In this document: positions 27,124-36,370 of the stretch, piece after piece
Layout: every line of letters starts with the position of its first letter
How positions within the stretch are numbered: the stretch's first letter is position 1
Assembly: GCA_018664825.1 (NCBI GenBank)
Contig: JABJNO010000006.1
Location: 15,157-79,156 of the forward strand
Direction: 5' to 3'
Source of the DNA: Candidatus Parcubacteria bacterium
Lineage (GTDB): Bacteria; Patescibacteriota; Patescibacteriia; UBA1558; GWA2-36-10
Length of the DNA: 64,000 bases
Notes under the pieces: generated by a model
What the model was told of the DNA's origin: nothing
Database searches by the model: none
What the model saw: the letters and a program-made list of their open reading frames with translations, nothing else
Made by a program: the position numbers and the translations under genes

Positions 27124-27197
27124 TAGCTTTTACAACAAAAACCATGTTTGAGGTGAATAACATCACCCCTGTTTTTATTAGATGATAAGAAATAAAT

Positions 27198-28439
27198 ATG
27201 CCCAATAATATATATTTAGACTATGCCTCTACCACTCCCACTGATCCGGAAGTGGTCAAAGCCATGCAACCTTATTGGAATGACGTCTACGGAAACCCCT
27301 CTAGTCTTTATTCTATGGGGCAAAAAAGTAAAAAAGCCTTGATTGCAGCTAGATCTGCTATAGCTGATACATTTAGTTGCCAACCAGAAGAGATAATCTT
27401 TACTGGTGGTGGCACCGAAAGTATCAATCTAGCTATCAAAGGGCTTTTTCAGTACCAAAAAGAGCCCCGTCATATGATCACATCGGCTATTGAGCACCAT
27501 GCTGTAATCGATTCTGCAGAAAGCATCACTCGCCAAGGACACGCCGTGTCTATTTTGCCAGTTGATGAAGATGGTTTGGTCAATCTAAAGGATTTGGAGA
27601 CTGCCATCAAAGACAATACTCTCCTCGTCAGCATCATGCTAGCCAACAACGAAGTCGGCACCATCCAAGATATCCGCGCTATTGGGAATTTTATAGAAAA
27701 ATTGAACAAAAAAAGAGTCGCCAAAGATTTGCCCAAGATATTTTTCCATACCGACGCTTGTCAGGCAGCAGGAGCTCTAGATCTCGACGTCCAAAAGCTC
27801 CACGTAGACATGATGACTATCAATGGTAGCAAAATATACGGACCAAAAGGCATTGGTGTGCTTTATAAAAAAAGAGATGTACCTCTTACTGCCCTAGTCA
27901 GTGGTGGTGGACAAGAAAGAAACTTACGCTCAGGTACAGAAAATGTCCCTGGCATCATAGGTTTGGCCAAAGCACTAGAGCTAGCTGAAAAAAACAAGAA
28001 AAAAGAAAATGCTCGCCTCAGTAAAATGCGTGATTGGTTGATCGAACAAATTTTGCAGATACCAAAAACAAGATTAAACGGACATCCTACAAAAAGATTA
28101 GCAAACAACATCAATATTTCTATATTAGATATCGAAGGCGAAGCCACTCTCCTCTACCTTGATGAGATTGGTGTCCAAGCCTCAACCGGCTCCGCCTGTA
28201 CCTCTGAATCCCTCGAACCAAGTCACGTCATCCGAGCCTTGGGTCGCCCTTATGAAGCTGCTCATGGCTCTATCCGCTTTACTCTAGGCAAACATACTAC
28301 TCAAAAAGACCTAAAATACTTGGTTTCCAAGCTACCAGATATAGTAGAACATCTCCGCAAGGCTTCTCCTGTTGATGTTGATATGGATACTTTGGATAAA
28401 TCAATAAAAACTTTTCCCCGTGAAATAACGGAATTATAA
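27198..28439 (+). CDS. iscS: Cysteine desulfurase (class V aminotransferase, IscS/NifS type)
   Basis: PLP-lysine region TINGSKIYGPKGIGVLY. Active-site loop SGTENVPGI. Catalytic Cys in STGSACTS. Confidence 0.85.
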   Translation: MPNNIYLDYASTTPTDPEVVKAMQPYWNDVYGNPSSLYSMGQKSKKALIAARSAIADTFSCQPEEIIFTGGGTESINLAIKGLFQYQKEPRHMITSAIEHHAVIDSAESITRQGHAVSILPVDEDGLVNLKDLETAIKDNTLLVSIMLANNEVGTIQDIRAIGNFIEKLNKKRVAKDLPKIFFHTDACQAAGALDLDVQKLHVDMMTINGSKIYGPKGIGVLYKKRDVPLTALVSGGGQERNLRSGTENVPGIIGLAKALELAEKNKKKENARLSKMRDWLIEQILQIPKTRLNGHPTKRLANNINISILDIEGEATLLYLDEIGVQASTGSACTSESLEPSHVIRALGRPYEAAHGSIRFTLGKHTTQKDLKYLVSKLPDIVEHLRKASPVDVDMDTLDKSIKTFPREITEL

Positions 28440-28464
28440 ATAACAATTAATAGAATTTATATAT

Positions 28465-29130
28465 ATGTCAAAGACAAAAAGTGTTGCTGCTGATGTGGAC
28501 ATTGTCCCCAAAGGCACCGACGAAGACTGGGTCTATACCCAGACAATAAAAGAACATTTTTTTAGCCCTCAAAACTTGATTACAGATGCTAGTAAAATGA
28601 AGGACTACGATGGCCTAGGTATGGTAGGAAGTCCTGCTTGTGGTGATATGATGAAGGTCTGGATCAGGGTGGATAAAAAAGCAGATAAAATCAAAGAGAT
28701 GAAGTGGCAAACTTTTGGTTGTGGCTCTGCTATCTCTGCCACCTCTATGCTTTCTGTCATGGTCAGCGAAAAAGGTGGCATGCAAATAGAAGATGCTCTC
28801 AAAATCAAACCCCAGGACATCACCGCTCGCCTAGGAGGTCTACCTACTCGCAAAATTCATTGTTCTGTACTAGGAGACAAAGCTTTGCTCAGTGCCATCA
28901 ATAACTATTTCCTAAAAAGCAAACAAAAAGATAGAGTAATAAAAGAAAGTAAAAGAATGATAGACAAAATAGCCAAGGTGACAGACCACGATATAGAAGA
29001 AGCTGTCCTCGAGGGCGCTCATGACTTGGCTGCTGTCCAGAAAAAAACAAAAGCTGGTATTGGCAATCCGTCTGTCATACCAGAAATCGAACAACTTATC
29101 AGATTTTACACCGAAAAATATTTCGGTTAA
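28465..29130 (+). CDS. nifU: NifU/IscU-like Fe-S cluster scaffold with extra C-terminal domain
   Basis: GSPACGDMMKVWI ... TFGCGSAISATSML ... HCSVLGDKAL (three scaffold Cys plus His). Confidence 0.8.
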   Translation: MSKTKSVAADVDIVPKGTDEDWVYTQTIKEHFFSPQNLITDASKMKDYDGLGMVGSPACGDMMKVWIRVDKKADKIKEMKWQTFGCGSAISATSMLSVMVSEKGGMQIEDALKIKPQDITARLGGLPTRKIHCSVLGDKALLSAINNYFLKSKQKDRVIKESKRMIDKIAKVTDHDIEEAVLEGAHDLAAVQKKTKAGIGNPSVIPEIEQLIRFYTEKYFG

Positions 29131-29162
29131 AATAAACACATAATAAATTAAATATAAAATAT

Positions 29163-29777
29163 ATGAATAAATTTGAAACACCTTCATTGCCTTATGACTA
29201 TAATGCTCTGGAGCCACATATAGATGAAGCAACTATGAAAATTCACCACGATAAACATCACGTTGCTTATACAACAAATTTTAACAAAGCCCTAGAGAGT
29301 GTCGCCAACCTAGATGGTAAATCAGCTGAAGATATTTTGAAAAATTTGGACTCTATACCAGAAGACGCTCGCAATGCAATCAAAAATCATGGCGGTGGAC
29401 ATGTCCATCACAGCTTTTTTTGGGAAATCATGCGACCAGGGCAAAACAACAATGCCCCTGAGGGTGAACTACTTGAAGCTATAAACAAAACATTTGGTAG
29501 CTTTGAAAAATTCCGTGAAGAATTTAGTCAATCTGCAATGACTGTCTTTGGCTCCGGCTGGGCCTGGCTAGTTGTAGATGGTGGAGACCTAAAAATCACT
29601 CAAACTTCAAAACAAGATAGCCCCTATTCACTAGGTCATATCCCTGTCTTGGGTATTGACGTTTGGGAGCATTCATATTATCTTAAATACGAAAATAAAA
29701 GAGCTGATTTTGTCGATGCCTTTTGGAATATAATCAACTGGACGAAGGTTGCTGAAAACTACTCAGCTAGTAAATAA
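29163..29777 (+). CDS. sodA: Fe/Mn superoxide dismutase
   Basis: HHDKHHVAYTTNFNKALE. Metal-ligand motif DVWEHSYYLKYENKRADFV. Length 204 aa. Confidence 0.9.
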   Translation: MNKFETPSLPYDYNALEPHIDEATMKIHHDKHHVAYTTNFNKALESVANLDGKSAEDILKNLDSIPEDARNAIKNHGGGHVHHSFFWEIMRPGQNNNAPEGELLEAINKTFGSFEKFREEFSQSAMTVFGSGWAWLVVDGGDLKITQTSKQDSPYSLGHIPVLGIDVWEHSYYLKYENKRADFVDAFWNIINWTKVAENYSASK

Positions 29778-29803
29778 CAAAGACTTAACTTATTGGCGAA
29801 TAA

Positions 29804-30682
29804 ATGGAAAGAGACACTATTATTATTGTTGAAGGAGGTACTATCCAAGGAGTATTTAGTGCTGGAGTTTTGACCCCTCTACAAGAACACAACTTTTATC
29901 CACGTATACATTCTGTATATGCTGTTTCGTCAGGAAGTCACAATGCTGCCTATTTTTTGGCCAAAAACATTGAAGTAAGCTCAACTCTATACTGTGATTA
30001 TCTAGCCAAAAGGCATGCTTTTTTCAAGCATCTTTCAGCCAAGGTAATAATCAAAAAACTATGGAGACTTGCTAGATATAGAGAAAGTTTTGATATTATA
30101 GATTTGGCCTATGTCGAAGATATAGAGAGAAATATCATGCCCATGGATGCAGAGACAATCAAAAACTCTCCAATCAAATTCTACGTACGCGTATTTGATC
30201 CCAAAACCAAAAAAACAAAATACTTAGATGCCAAAGAGGATACCATCACTCGTTGTATCCAATCATCAAAAGTACCGCCCTATGCTTATTCTAATGCCAA
30301 AGAAGATGTATACTTTGATGGCGGCATCATGCCTTGCAAAGATTTTTTGAAAACCGTCAAAGCCAATCCTGATAAAAAAATAATCTATATTTTCAATGAC
30401 AAAAAAACTCCCAAAAGAGTGACCCGTTATATAATGTCTGACCTACTAGATATCTTGTTCAAAACTGTCTATCTAGGATTGGACTATGGCTTGAAACATT
30501 TGTTCAATATTTATAACTACACTTATGTGCACGACCTAAAAAAGTATAAAAATGTACATATACTCTATGATGAAACCGGAAACTCCAAACGAGAAAAAAA
30601 TGTTGAAAAAATTACCGAAGCTTTTGAGCTCGGCAAAAAGAAAGGCGAACAACTTTTGAAAGATATAAATTTTATAAAATAA
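29804..30682 (+). CDS. Patatin-like phospholipase
   Basis: N-terminal oxyanion hole EGGTIQGVFSAGVL. Nucleophile elbow AVSSGSHNAAYF (GxSxG). D-G later (YFDGGIM). Confidence 0.6.
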   Translation: MERDTIIIVEGGTIQGVFSAGVLTPLQEHNFYPRIHSVYAVSSGSHNAAYFLAKNIEVSSTLYCDYLAKRHAFFKHLSAKVIIKKLWRLARYRESFDIIDLAYVEDIERNIMPMDAETIKNSPIKFYVRVFDPKTKKTKYLDAKEDTITRCIQSSKVPPYAYSNAKEDVYFDGGIMPCKDFLKTVKANPDKKIIYIFNDKKTPKRVTRYIMSDLLDILFKTVYLGLDYGLKHLFNIYNYTYVHDLKKYKNVHILYDETGNSKREKNVEKITEAFELGKKKGEQLLKDINFIK

Positions 30683-30700
30683 TTAATAACAAACAAATAT

Positions 30701-31312
30701 ATGGAAAAAGAACATGACTGCTGTGGCGGTGGAAACTGTGATAGCTACGAACTAAAAATAGGTAGCCCTGCTCCAAGTTTTGAAGCAGAAATCTATCATG
30801 AAGATGATACAAAAAAGATAAAGCTATCTGACTACAAAGGAAAATGGGTGATTCTATTTTTCTATCCAGCTGATTTTACTTTTGTCTGTCCAACTGAGCT
30901 AAGTGATATAGCTGATAGATATGAGGAAGTCAAAAAGCTCAACGGAGAGATATTGTCAGTCAGTACTGATACTGTCTTTAGCCACAAAGCTTGGCACAAT
31001 GAATCAGATACTATCAAAAAAATAAAATTCCCAATGGTAGCAGACCCAACTCACGAAATATCATACAAGTACAATGTTTTGATTGAAGATGAGGGCCTAG
31101 CTCTCAGGGGAACATTTATCATCGATCCTGAAGGCAATCTCAAAACTATGGAAGTACATGACAATGGTATTGGCCGAAGTGGTGACGAACTCATCCGCAA
31201 GCTGCAGGCCGCTCAATTTGTCCATAAGTATGGCGACCAAGTCTGCCCTGCCAATTGGCAACCAGGCAAAGACACGCTGAAACCCGGACTAGACCTAGTA
31301 GGAAAACTTTAA
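30701..31312 (+). CDS. ahpC: Typical 2-Cys peroxiredoxin (AhpC/Prx1) with a Cys-rich N-terminal extension
   Basis: FFYPADFTFVCPTEL peroxidatic Cys. Resolving Cys in QVCPANW. Extra N-terminus MEKEHDCCGGGNCDSYE. Confidence 0.85.
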   Translation: MEKEHDCCGGGNCDSYELKIGSPAPSFEAEIYHEDDTKKIKLSDYKGKWVILFFYPADFTFVCPTELSDIADRYEEVKKLNGEILSVSTDTVFSHKAWHNESDTIKKIKFPMVADPTHEISYKYNVLIEDEGLALRGTFIIDPEGNLKTMEVHDNGIGRSGDELIRKLQAAQFVHKYGDQVCPANWQPGKDTLKPGLDLVGKL

Positions 31313-31320
31313 ATCAATTT

Positions 31321-31352
31321 AAAAAGACCTCCCTTTGGAGGTCTTTTTTATT
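31321..31352 (+). terminator. Bidirectional intrinsic terminator between ahpC and the paralog array
   Basis: aaaaagacctccctttggaggtctttttta. A 9-bp stem flanked by A and T runs. Confidence 0.7.
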
Positions 31353-31944
31353 ATTCATATAATATTTTGTCTTTCAAGCCTCCTAGTCTTTTTATTCTAA
31401 AAGCTTCTTCCACCAAAGATGCATCTACATAAATATGACCATGCACAACCAAATCATCGGGCAACTCTTTTATCTTTGTTTTTTTCATATACAACACCCC
31501 TCCTACTTCCAGGCCTTTTGGCAGTTTTGTAATACCGTCATTGTCCAAGTATAGATCTCCTGTTGTAGTCAGATTGTCTGGTATTCTCGAATCAATATCT
31601 TCTGTATCTTTTAAATTTAAAAATCCCTGGACAGCTATTATTTTTATTTCTTCTCCATTTTTTATTCTAGTTTCAACTTTTACTTTTTCTCTAGGCTCAA
31701 CTTCTTCACCAATCTCCTTTGATTGAGCTATGACAGCCTCAACTGTAAACTTGTAGCCATTGATAACTCCTACTTCTTTTTTTAAAAAATCTAAACTTGG
31801 CTCCAACTGATGTTTTTTTAGTGACCTCAACAATCTAAAATCACAATCTTTTGAATCTGCCAAAAAATTGTTATCAAAATTTTGCTTACTTTCTTTGAGC
31901 TGAACAATTTCTCTTCTCAGGTTTTCACAATCTATTGCTTGCAT
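31351..31944 (-). CDS. LRR-like repeat protein, member 1 of a five-gene tandem paralog array (cytoplasmic, no signal peptide)
   Basis: C-terminal triple about-21-aa repeat IPDNLTTTGDLYL / ITKLPKGLEVGGVLYM / IKELPDDLVVHGHIYV. N-terminus MQAIDCENLR. DNA segments are shared with its neighbours. Confidence 0.55.
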   Translation of the reverse strand: MQAIDCENLRREIVQLKESKQNFDNNFLADSKDCDFRLLRSLKKHQLEPSLDFLKKEVGVINGYKFTVEAVIAQSKEIGEEVEPREKVKVETRIKNGEEIKIIAVQGFLNLKDTEDIDSRIPDNLTTTGDLYLDNDGITKLPKGLEVGGVLYMKKTKIKELPDDLVVHGHIYVDASLVEEAFRIKRLGGLKDKILYE

Positions 31945-31953
31945 AATTTTATC

Positions 31954-32529
31954 TTAATCTTCAAGGCCTACGTGTACTGAACCATATATGCCATTTATTC
32001 TAGTCACCTCATCCGTCAAAATGGGATCAATATAAATATCTCCATGTACTATCAAATCATCTGGTAGTTTTTTTATCTTGGTACGGTTGATATGCAGATT
32101 ACCTCCCACTACCAGTCCTCTTGGTAATTTTGTAATCTTTGTACCCTTAAAATTTAAATATTCTTTCACTTCTAAATTGTTGGGTATTTTTGAGTCTATA
32201 TCATTCATCATATCTAAGACTAATCCAATTTTTATGACAGTAATCTTTATACTAGCACCATCTCTATTTCTATACTTAAAATCTAATGACTTTTCTATAT
32301 CTCCTGGATTAAGCCTCATATCAATGGCCTCAATTGCAAACCTATACCCTTTAATAGCTTCCACTTCTGACCTCAAAGATTCTAAACGTTTTTCTAGGCT
32401 AGTTTTCCATAATCTGAGATCAACAAAATCCCACTTCTCTGAAGTGCCTCTACACCTTTCATCAAAACCATCTTTGTCCTCTTTGGTACGATGTATAAAT
32501 TTCCTCGTTTTTTCACAATCTATTGGCAT
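31954..32529 (-). CDS. LRR-like repeat protein, array member 2
   Basis: MPIDCEKTRK ... KEDKDGFD ... WDFVDLRLW ... KGYRF; C-terminus ITKLPRGLVVGGNLHINRTKIKKLPDDLIVHGDIYID. Confidence 0.55.
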   Translation of the reverse strand: MPIDCEKTRKFIHRTKEDKDGFDERCRGTSEKWDFVDLRLWKTSLEKRLESLRSEVEAIKGYRFAIEAIDMRLNPGDIEKSLDFKYRNRDGASIKITVIKIGLVLDMMNDIDSKIPNNLEVKEYLNFKGTKITKLPRGLVVGGNLHINRTKIKKLPDDLIVHGDIYIDPILTDEVTRINGIYGSVHVGLED

Positions 32530-32537
32530 GTTTTTAT

Positions 32538-33128
32538 TTATCCCATTAAATGTATATCTCCTCGTAAATTTCCTGCTTTACGTAATCGAACTACCTCGTC
32601 TCTCAAACTTTCGTCAAGATAAATATCTCCGTGAACCATCAAATCGTCTGGTAATTTTTTTATTTTGCTGTTATTGATATGCAGATTACCTCCCACTACC
32701 AAGCCTTTTGGTAATTCCGTAATATCTGAACCTTGTAAAAATATATTTTCCATCACAGTCATGTTTTCCGGTATTTTTCCATCCAAATTTTCTACTCTCT
32801 TTAAATTCAAAATATCTTTTACTACTATTGTTCTAATCTTTTCTCCACCCCTTAGCCCGCCCTCTACAAGTACTTTTTTTCTTGCTCCCTCAAAATCCTT
32901 GGGCTCACCTACACTAGCCATGACTACACTCACTATAAATTTATAACCTTTAACAAATTTTAACTCTCCCCTTAAAAAATCCAAACGCTGGCCCAGGGCA
33001 ATCCTCCATTGCCTCAAAGCAACGAAATCCCAATCGGCCACTTCACCAATACAAGATTTATCAAACCATCTTTTATCTTCCTTGGCGTGCTCTATGGTTA
33101 TTCTTATTTTTTCACAATCTATTATCAT
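32538..33128 (-). CDS. LRR-like repeat protein, array member 3
   Basis: MIIDCEKIRI ... KEDKRWFD ... WDFVALRQW ... KGYKF; C-terminus ITELPKGLVVGGNLHINNSKIKKLPDDLMVHGDIYLD. Identical 29-nt DNA stretch shared with member 2 (attgatatgcagattacctcccactacca). Confidence 0.55.
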   Translation of the reverse strand: MIIDCEKIRITIEHAKEDKRWFDKSCIGEVADWDFVALRQWRIALGQRLDFLRGELKFVKGYKFIVSVVMASVGEPKDFEGARKKVLVEGGLRGGEKIRTIVVKDILNLKRVENLDGKIPENMTVMENIFLQGSDITELPKGLVVGGNLHINNSKIKKLPDDLMVHGDIYLDESLRDEVVRLRKAGNLRGDIHLMG

Positions 33129-33130
33129 AT

Positions 33131-33721
33131 TTATGCTGCTACAAAGAGACTACGTATATTACCCTTTTTCTTTAGCTTGGTTATTTTATCTCCCAATAAA
33201 GGTAGTTGTTTTTGATTAATAACCAACTCTCCCTCAACTACAAGATCATCTGGAATATCCGTAATAAGAGTACCCCTAATATCCATATTACCACTTACTA
33301 GTAGATCACGAGGTATTTCTCTTACATTAAGATCTTTGATAAAAAAATTTCCATCTATTGTCCAGTCACCCGGAATCCTTACTGTCTTTTCACCAAATAT
33401 ATCTTTTCCGTTTTCTGTAAAATCCAAACCTCCTTTGTAGAGCATTCTTCCGTGTCTTTTAAATTCCATGAACTCTACCATAGATAAGAGATCTTCTCTA
33501 TCAGAACTTCTGATAAATTCCATCATATCAACCCCAATTACTTCTCCTTTGAGTTTTTCCAATGCTTCACTTATATTTATTTTTTTTTCTCTCAACTTGC
33601 CAAGATCCAAAGAATCATCGATAGCATCAAATTGATCCACAAAACCAGCAAAGGCTGGCTTTGTTACCTTTAGTAAATATCTCCATTGTTCACATTCTAC
33701 TTTGTTTTTATTTTTAAACAT
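33131..33721 (-). CDS. LRR-like repeat protein, array member 4 (divergent N-terminus)
   Basis: C-terminus IPGDWTIDGNFFIKDLNVREIPRDLLVSGNMDIRGTLITDIPDDLVVEGELVIN retains the repeat. Confidence 0.5.
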   Translation of the reverse strand: MFKNKNKVECEQWRYLLKVTKPAFAGFVDQFDAIDDSLDLGKLREKKINISEALEKLKGEVIGVDMMEFIRSSDREDLLSMVEFMEFKRHGRMLYKGGLDFTENGKDIFGEKTVRIPGDWTIDGNFFIKDLNVREIPRDLLVSGNMDIRGTLITDIPDDLVVEGELVINQKQLPLLGDKITKLKKKGNIRSLFVAA

Positions 33722-33725
33722 ACTT

Positions 33726-34319
33726 TTAATACAACATGCTTAATTTGCCACCTATCTGACCTTTGTCTTTTAATCTTTGCATCAGCTCTCTACGAGGATC
33801 ATTGGGATCAGAAAAAGTCAGATAACAATCTCCCTTGATGATAATATCTTCTGGAATATAATATCTATCGTCTTTATCAAATGAAAAATTACCATTCACT
33901 ACTAAACCTTTTGGTAAAAAACTAATATCTGTATTATTAATATTAAAATCCCCCTCAACAACCAAATTCTTTGGTAAAAATTTGATTGGCCTTCTAGATA
34001 AATCCAAATCTTCTTGATATATTATCTTTCTTTTTTCAAAACTAATTCCAAATCGTGGTAAAAAATATTTTCTATCATCTTCCGAACCTACCATGGCTAC
34101 CAATCTCCGTATTTGCTTTTGAGCAGGAACCATAAAAAGGGTTTCTTCAATATTTTTTTTCAACAAGCCAAAAGAATAGGTAGTATTTCCAATAGTAGCA
34201 AAATTTCTTGTTTTTATTGCATCTGGATATTGATCAGCAAAGTCAACTACAAAGCCCTTCATAGCTCCTAGGTCTCTCCTCAGTTCTTCACAATATTTTT
34301 TTGGTGTTTCTTGGCTCAT
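33726..34319 (-). CDS. LRR-like repeat protein, array member 5 (divergent N-terminus), first gene of the array
   Basis: C-terminus IKFLPKNLVVEGDFNINNTDISFLPKGLVVNGNFSFDKDDRYYIPEDIIIKGDCYL. Confidence 0.5.
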   Translation of the reverse strand: MSQETPKKYCEELRRDLGAMKGFVVDFADQYPDAIKTRNFATIGNTTYSFGLLKKNIEETLFMVPAQKQIRRLVAMVGSEDDRKYFLPRFGISFEKRKIIYQEDLDLSRRPIKFLPKNLVVEGDFNINNTDISFLPKGLVVNGNFSFDKDDRYYIPEDIIIKGDCYLTFSDPNDPRRELMQRLKDKGQIGGKLSMLY

Positions 34320-34415
34320 ATTCTTAAATTAGCAATAATTTCTATATTAATCAAATCTACTTAATTTTAGCATAAAATTTTAAAAAATGTTATAATCTTT
34401 ATATAAAAACAGCTT

Positions 34416-34994
34416 ATGAAAATAGAATACGAAGTAACATTTCCGGACATAAACAAAAATGAAATCAGAGCTCGCCTCAAAAAAGCAGGTGCCAAGATGA
34501 TTTATCCAGAATTTTTGATGAAAAGACATGTCTGGCTCTTGCCAGAAGGACACGAAATAGAAGGTAGTTGGGCTCGCGTCCGCCAAGAGGCTGACAAAGT
34601 AACTATGAGTGTCAAAATAGTAGCTGACAACAAAAAAATCGAAGATCAAAAAGAGATTTGTATCACAGTAGATAGTTTTGATACTGCCTGTGACATACTC
34701 AATACCCTAGGCTGTCAGGAAAAAGCCTATCAAGAAAGCAAACGAGAACTCTGGATACTAGATGGAGCCGAAGTGACTATAGATGAGTGGCCTTGGCTAG
34801 AACCTTTTGTAGAAGTCGAAGCCAAAACCGAGCACCGAGTAAAGCAAGTTTGTAAAAAACTAGACTTTGATTATTCTGAAGCACTCTTTGGATCAGTAGA
34901 CTTCCAATATGCCGACAAATATAATATAGATCTAGAAAAAATAAACGAAAGGACTCCCAATATTACTTTTGATATGCCGAATCCTTGGAAATAA
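34416..34994 (+). CDS. CYTH-domain protein (CyaB-like class IV adenylyl cyclase / triphosphate tunnel metalloenzyme family)
   Basis: N-terminal KIEYEVTF (the EXEXK start of CYTH). Alternating acidic beta-strand pattern WLLPEGHEIEGSWARVRQE ... WPWLEPFVEVEAKTE. Confidence 0.5.
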   Translation: MKIEYEVTFPDINKNEIRARLKKAGAKMIYPEFLMKRHVWLLPEGHEIEGSWARVRQEADKVTMSVKIVADNKKIEDQKEICITVDSFDTACDILNTLGCQEKAYQESKRELWILDGAEVTIDEWPWLEPFVEVEAKTEHRVKQVCKKLDFDYSEALFGSVDFQYADKYNIDLEKINERTPNITFDMPNPWK

Positions 34995-35006
34995 AAATAA
35001 AATAAA

Positions 35007-36365
35007 ATGCCAAAACTAAAACTAACATCATTTGGAGCCGCTGGTGAAGTGACTGGCTCTTGCCACCTTCTCAATATCGGAGGCTATCGCCTACTGGTCG
35101 ATTGTGGTATGTGGCAGGGTGGCCAAGAAGGTTATCTCAAAAACTGGGACAAATTTTTGTTTGATGTCAAAAGTATCGATGCTGTCATCCTCACTCACGC
35201 TCACCTAGATCACTGTGGTCGTCTAGCCAAGCTCTATGCTCATGGCTACAAAGGAAAAGTCTATGCCACTCCTCCTACTATCAAGCTAGCCGAAATCGTC
35301 CTGACTGATAGTTTCAATATAATGAAGGAAAAAGCTGCACGGAAAAAACTTCCCATGCTACATAGCTCACGGGACTTAAAAAGACTATACGAAAGCTGGA
35401 AGCCAACTCCATATTACAACCAAGTAAACCTGACTTCTGATATAAAATTCAAATTTCACAACGCTGGACATATCCTAGGCTCTGCAATAGTAGAGATCAC
35501 CGCTGGCGACAAGACCGTCGTGTTTTCTGGAGATATAGGTGGGCATGATATGCCCCTAGTCAAAGACATAGACTACGTCCCTCACGCTGACTATGTAGTC
35601 TGTGAAGGTACTTATGGTGATCGTGTACACGAACATCTCAAAGATAGAAACCAAAAACTAATCCAAGCAGTCCAAAACGTCACTTTGAACAACTCCACTC
35701 TACTGATTACAATCTTTGCGATCGAAAGAACTCAGGATATACTCAAAGTACTCAATGACTACTACGAAAGTCACCTAGACTTCCGCGTACCTGTCTATCT
35801 AGATAGTCCAATGGCCGCCACTGCTACCAAAGTATACAAACAAGAACTAGAACACCTAAATCCCGCCGCTCAAGAAACTCTAAAAAGAGATAAGGACATC
35901 TTTAATTTTCCTCATCTTGATATCACCAACAATATCCGTCAATCAAAAAAAATAAACAGTGCCTCGCCACCAAAGATAATCATGGCTGGTAGTGGTATGG
36001 CTGAAGGTGGACGAATGATTCATCATTTTGCTCACTACTTATCAAACAATAACAACCACGTCTTGTTTATGGGATTCCAAGTGCCTGGTACACTAGGACA
36101 CAAAATCCTCAATGGAGAAGGTGGTTTTAACTACTACGGCAAAGACATCCCTGTCCGTGCTCAAGTAGACCAGATAGATGGCTTTTCTGCTCATGGAGAC
36201 CTAAATGCTTTGATGGACTGGCTAGATCATTTTGAAAAACCTCAACGAATCGTCCTGGCTCACGGAGATCAAAGGGTATTGGAAAGTTTTGAAAAAACAA
36301 TAAACGATAAACTAGGATATCAAACAACGATATCTAGACAAAATATACCTATCAATTTAAATTAA
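35007..36365 (+). CDS. MBL-fold beta-CASP family ribonuclease (RNase J / CPSF-like)
   Basis: HxHxDH motif ILTHAHLDHCGRL, GD, the beta-CASP motifs and a C-terminal His (AHGD). 452 aa. Confidence 0.7.
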   Translation: MPKLKLTSFGAAGEVTGSCHLLNIGGYRLLVDCGMWQGGQEGYLKNWDKFLFDVKSIDAVILTHAHLDHCGRLAKLYAHGYKGKVYATPPTIKLAEIVLTDSFNIMKEKAARKKLPMLHSSRDLKRLYESWKPTPYYNQVNLTSDIKFKFHNAGHILGSAIVEITAGDKTVVFSGDIGGHDMPLVKDIDYVPHADYVVCEGTYGDRVHEHLKDRNQKLIQAVQNVTLNNSTLLITIFAIERTQDILKVLNDYYESHLDFRVPVYLDSPMAATATKVYKQELEHLNPAAQETLKRDKDIFNFPHLDITNNIRQSKKINSASPPKIIMAGSGMAEGGRMIHHFAHYLSNNNNHVLFMGFQVPGTLGHKILNGEGGFNYYGKDIPVRAQVDQIDGFSAHGDLNALMDWLDHFEKPQRIVLAHGDQRVLESFEKTINDKLGYQTTISRQNIPINLN

Positions 36366-36370
36366 AACTT

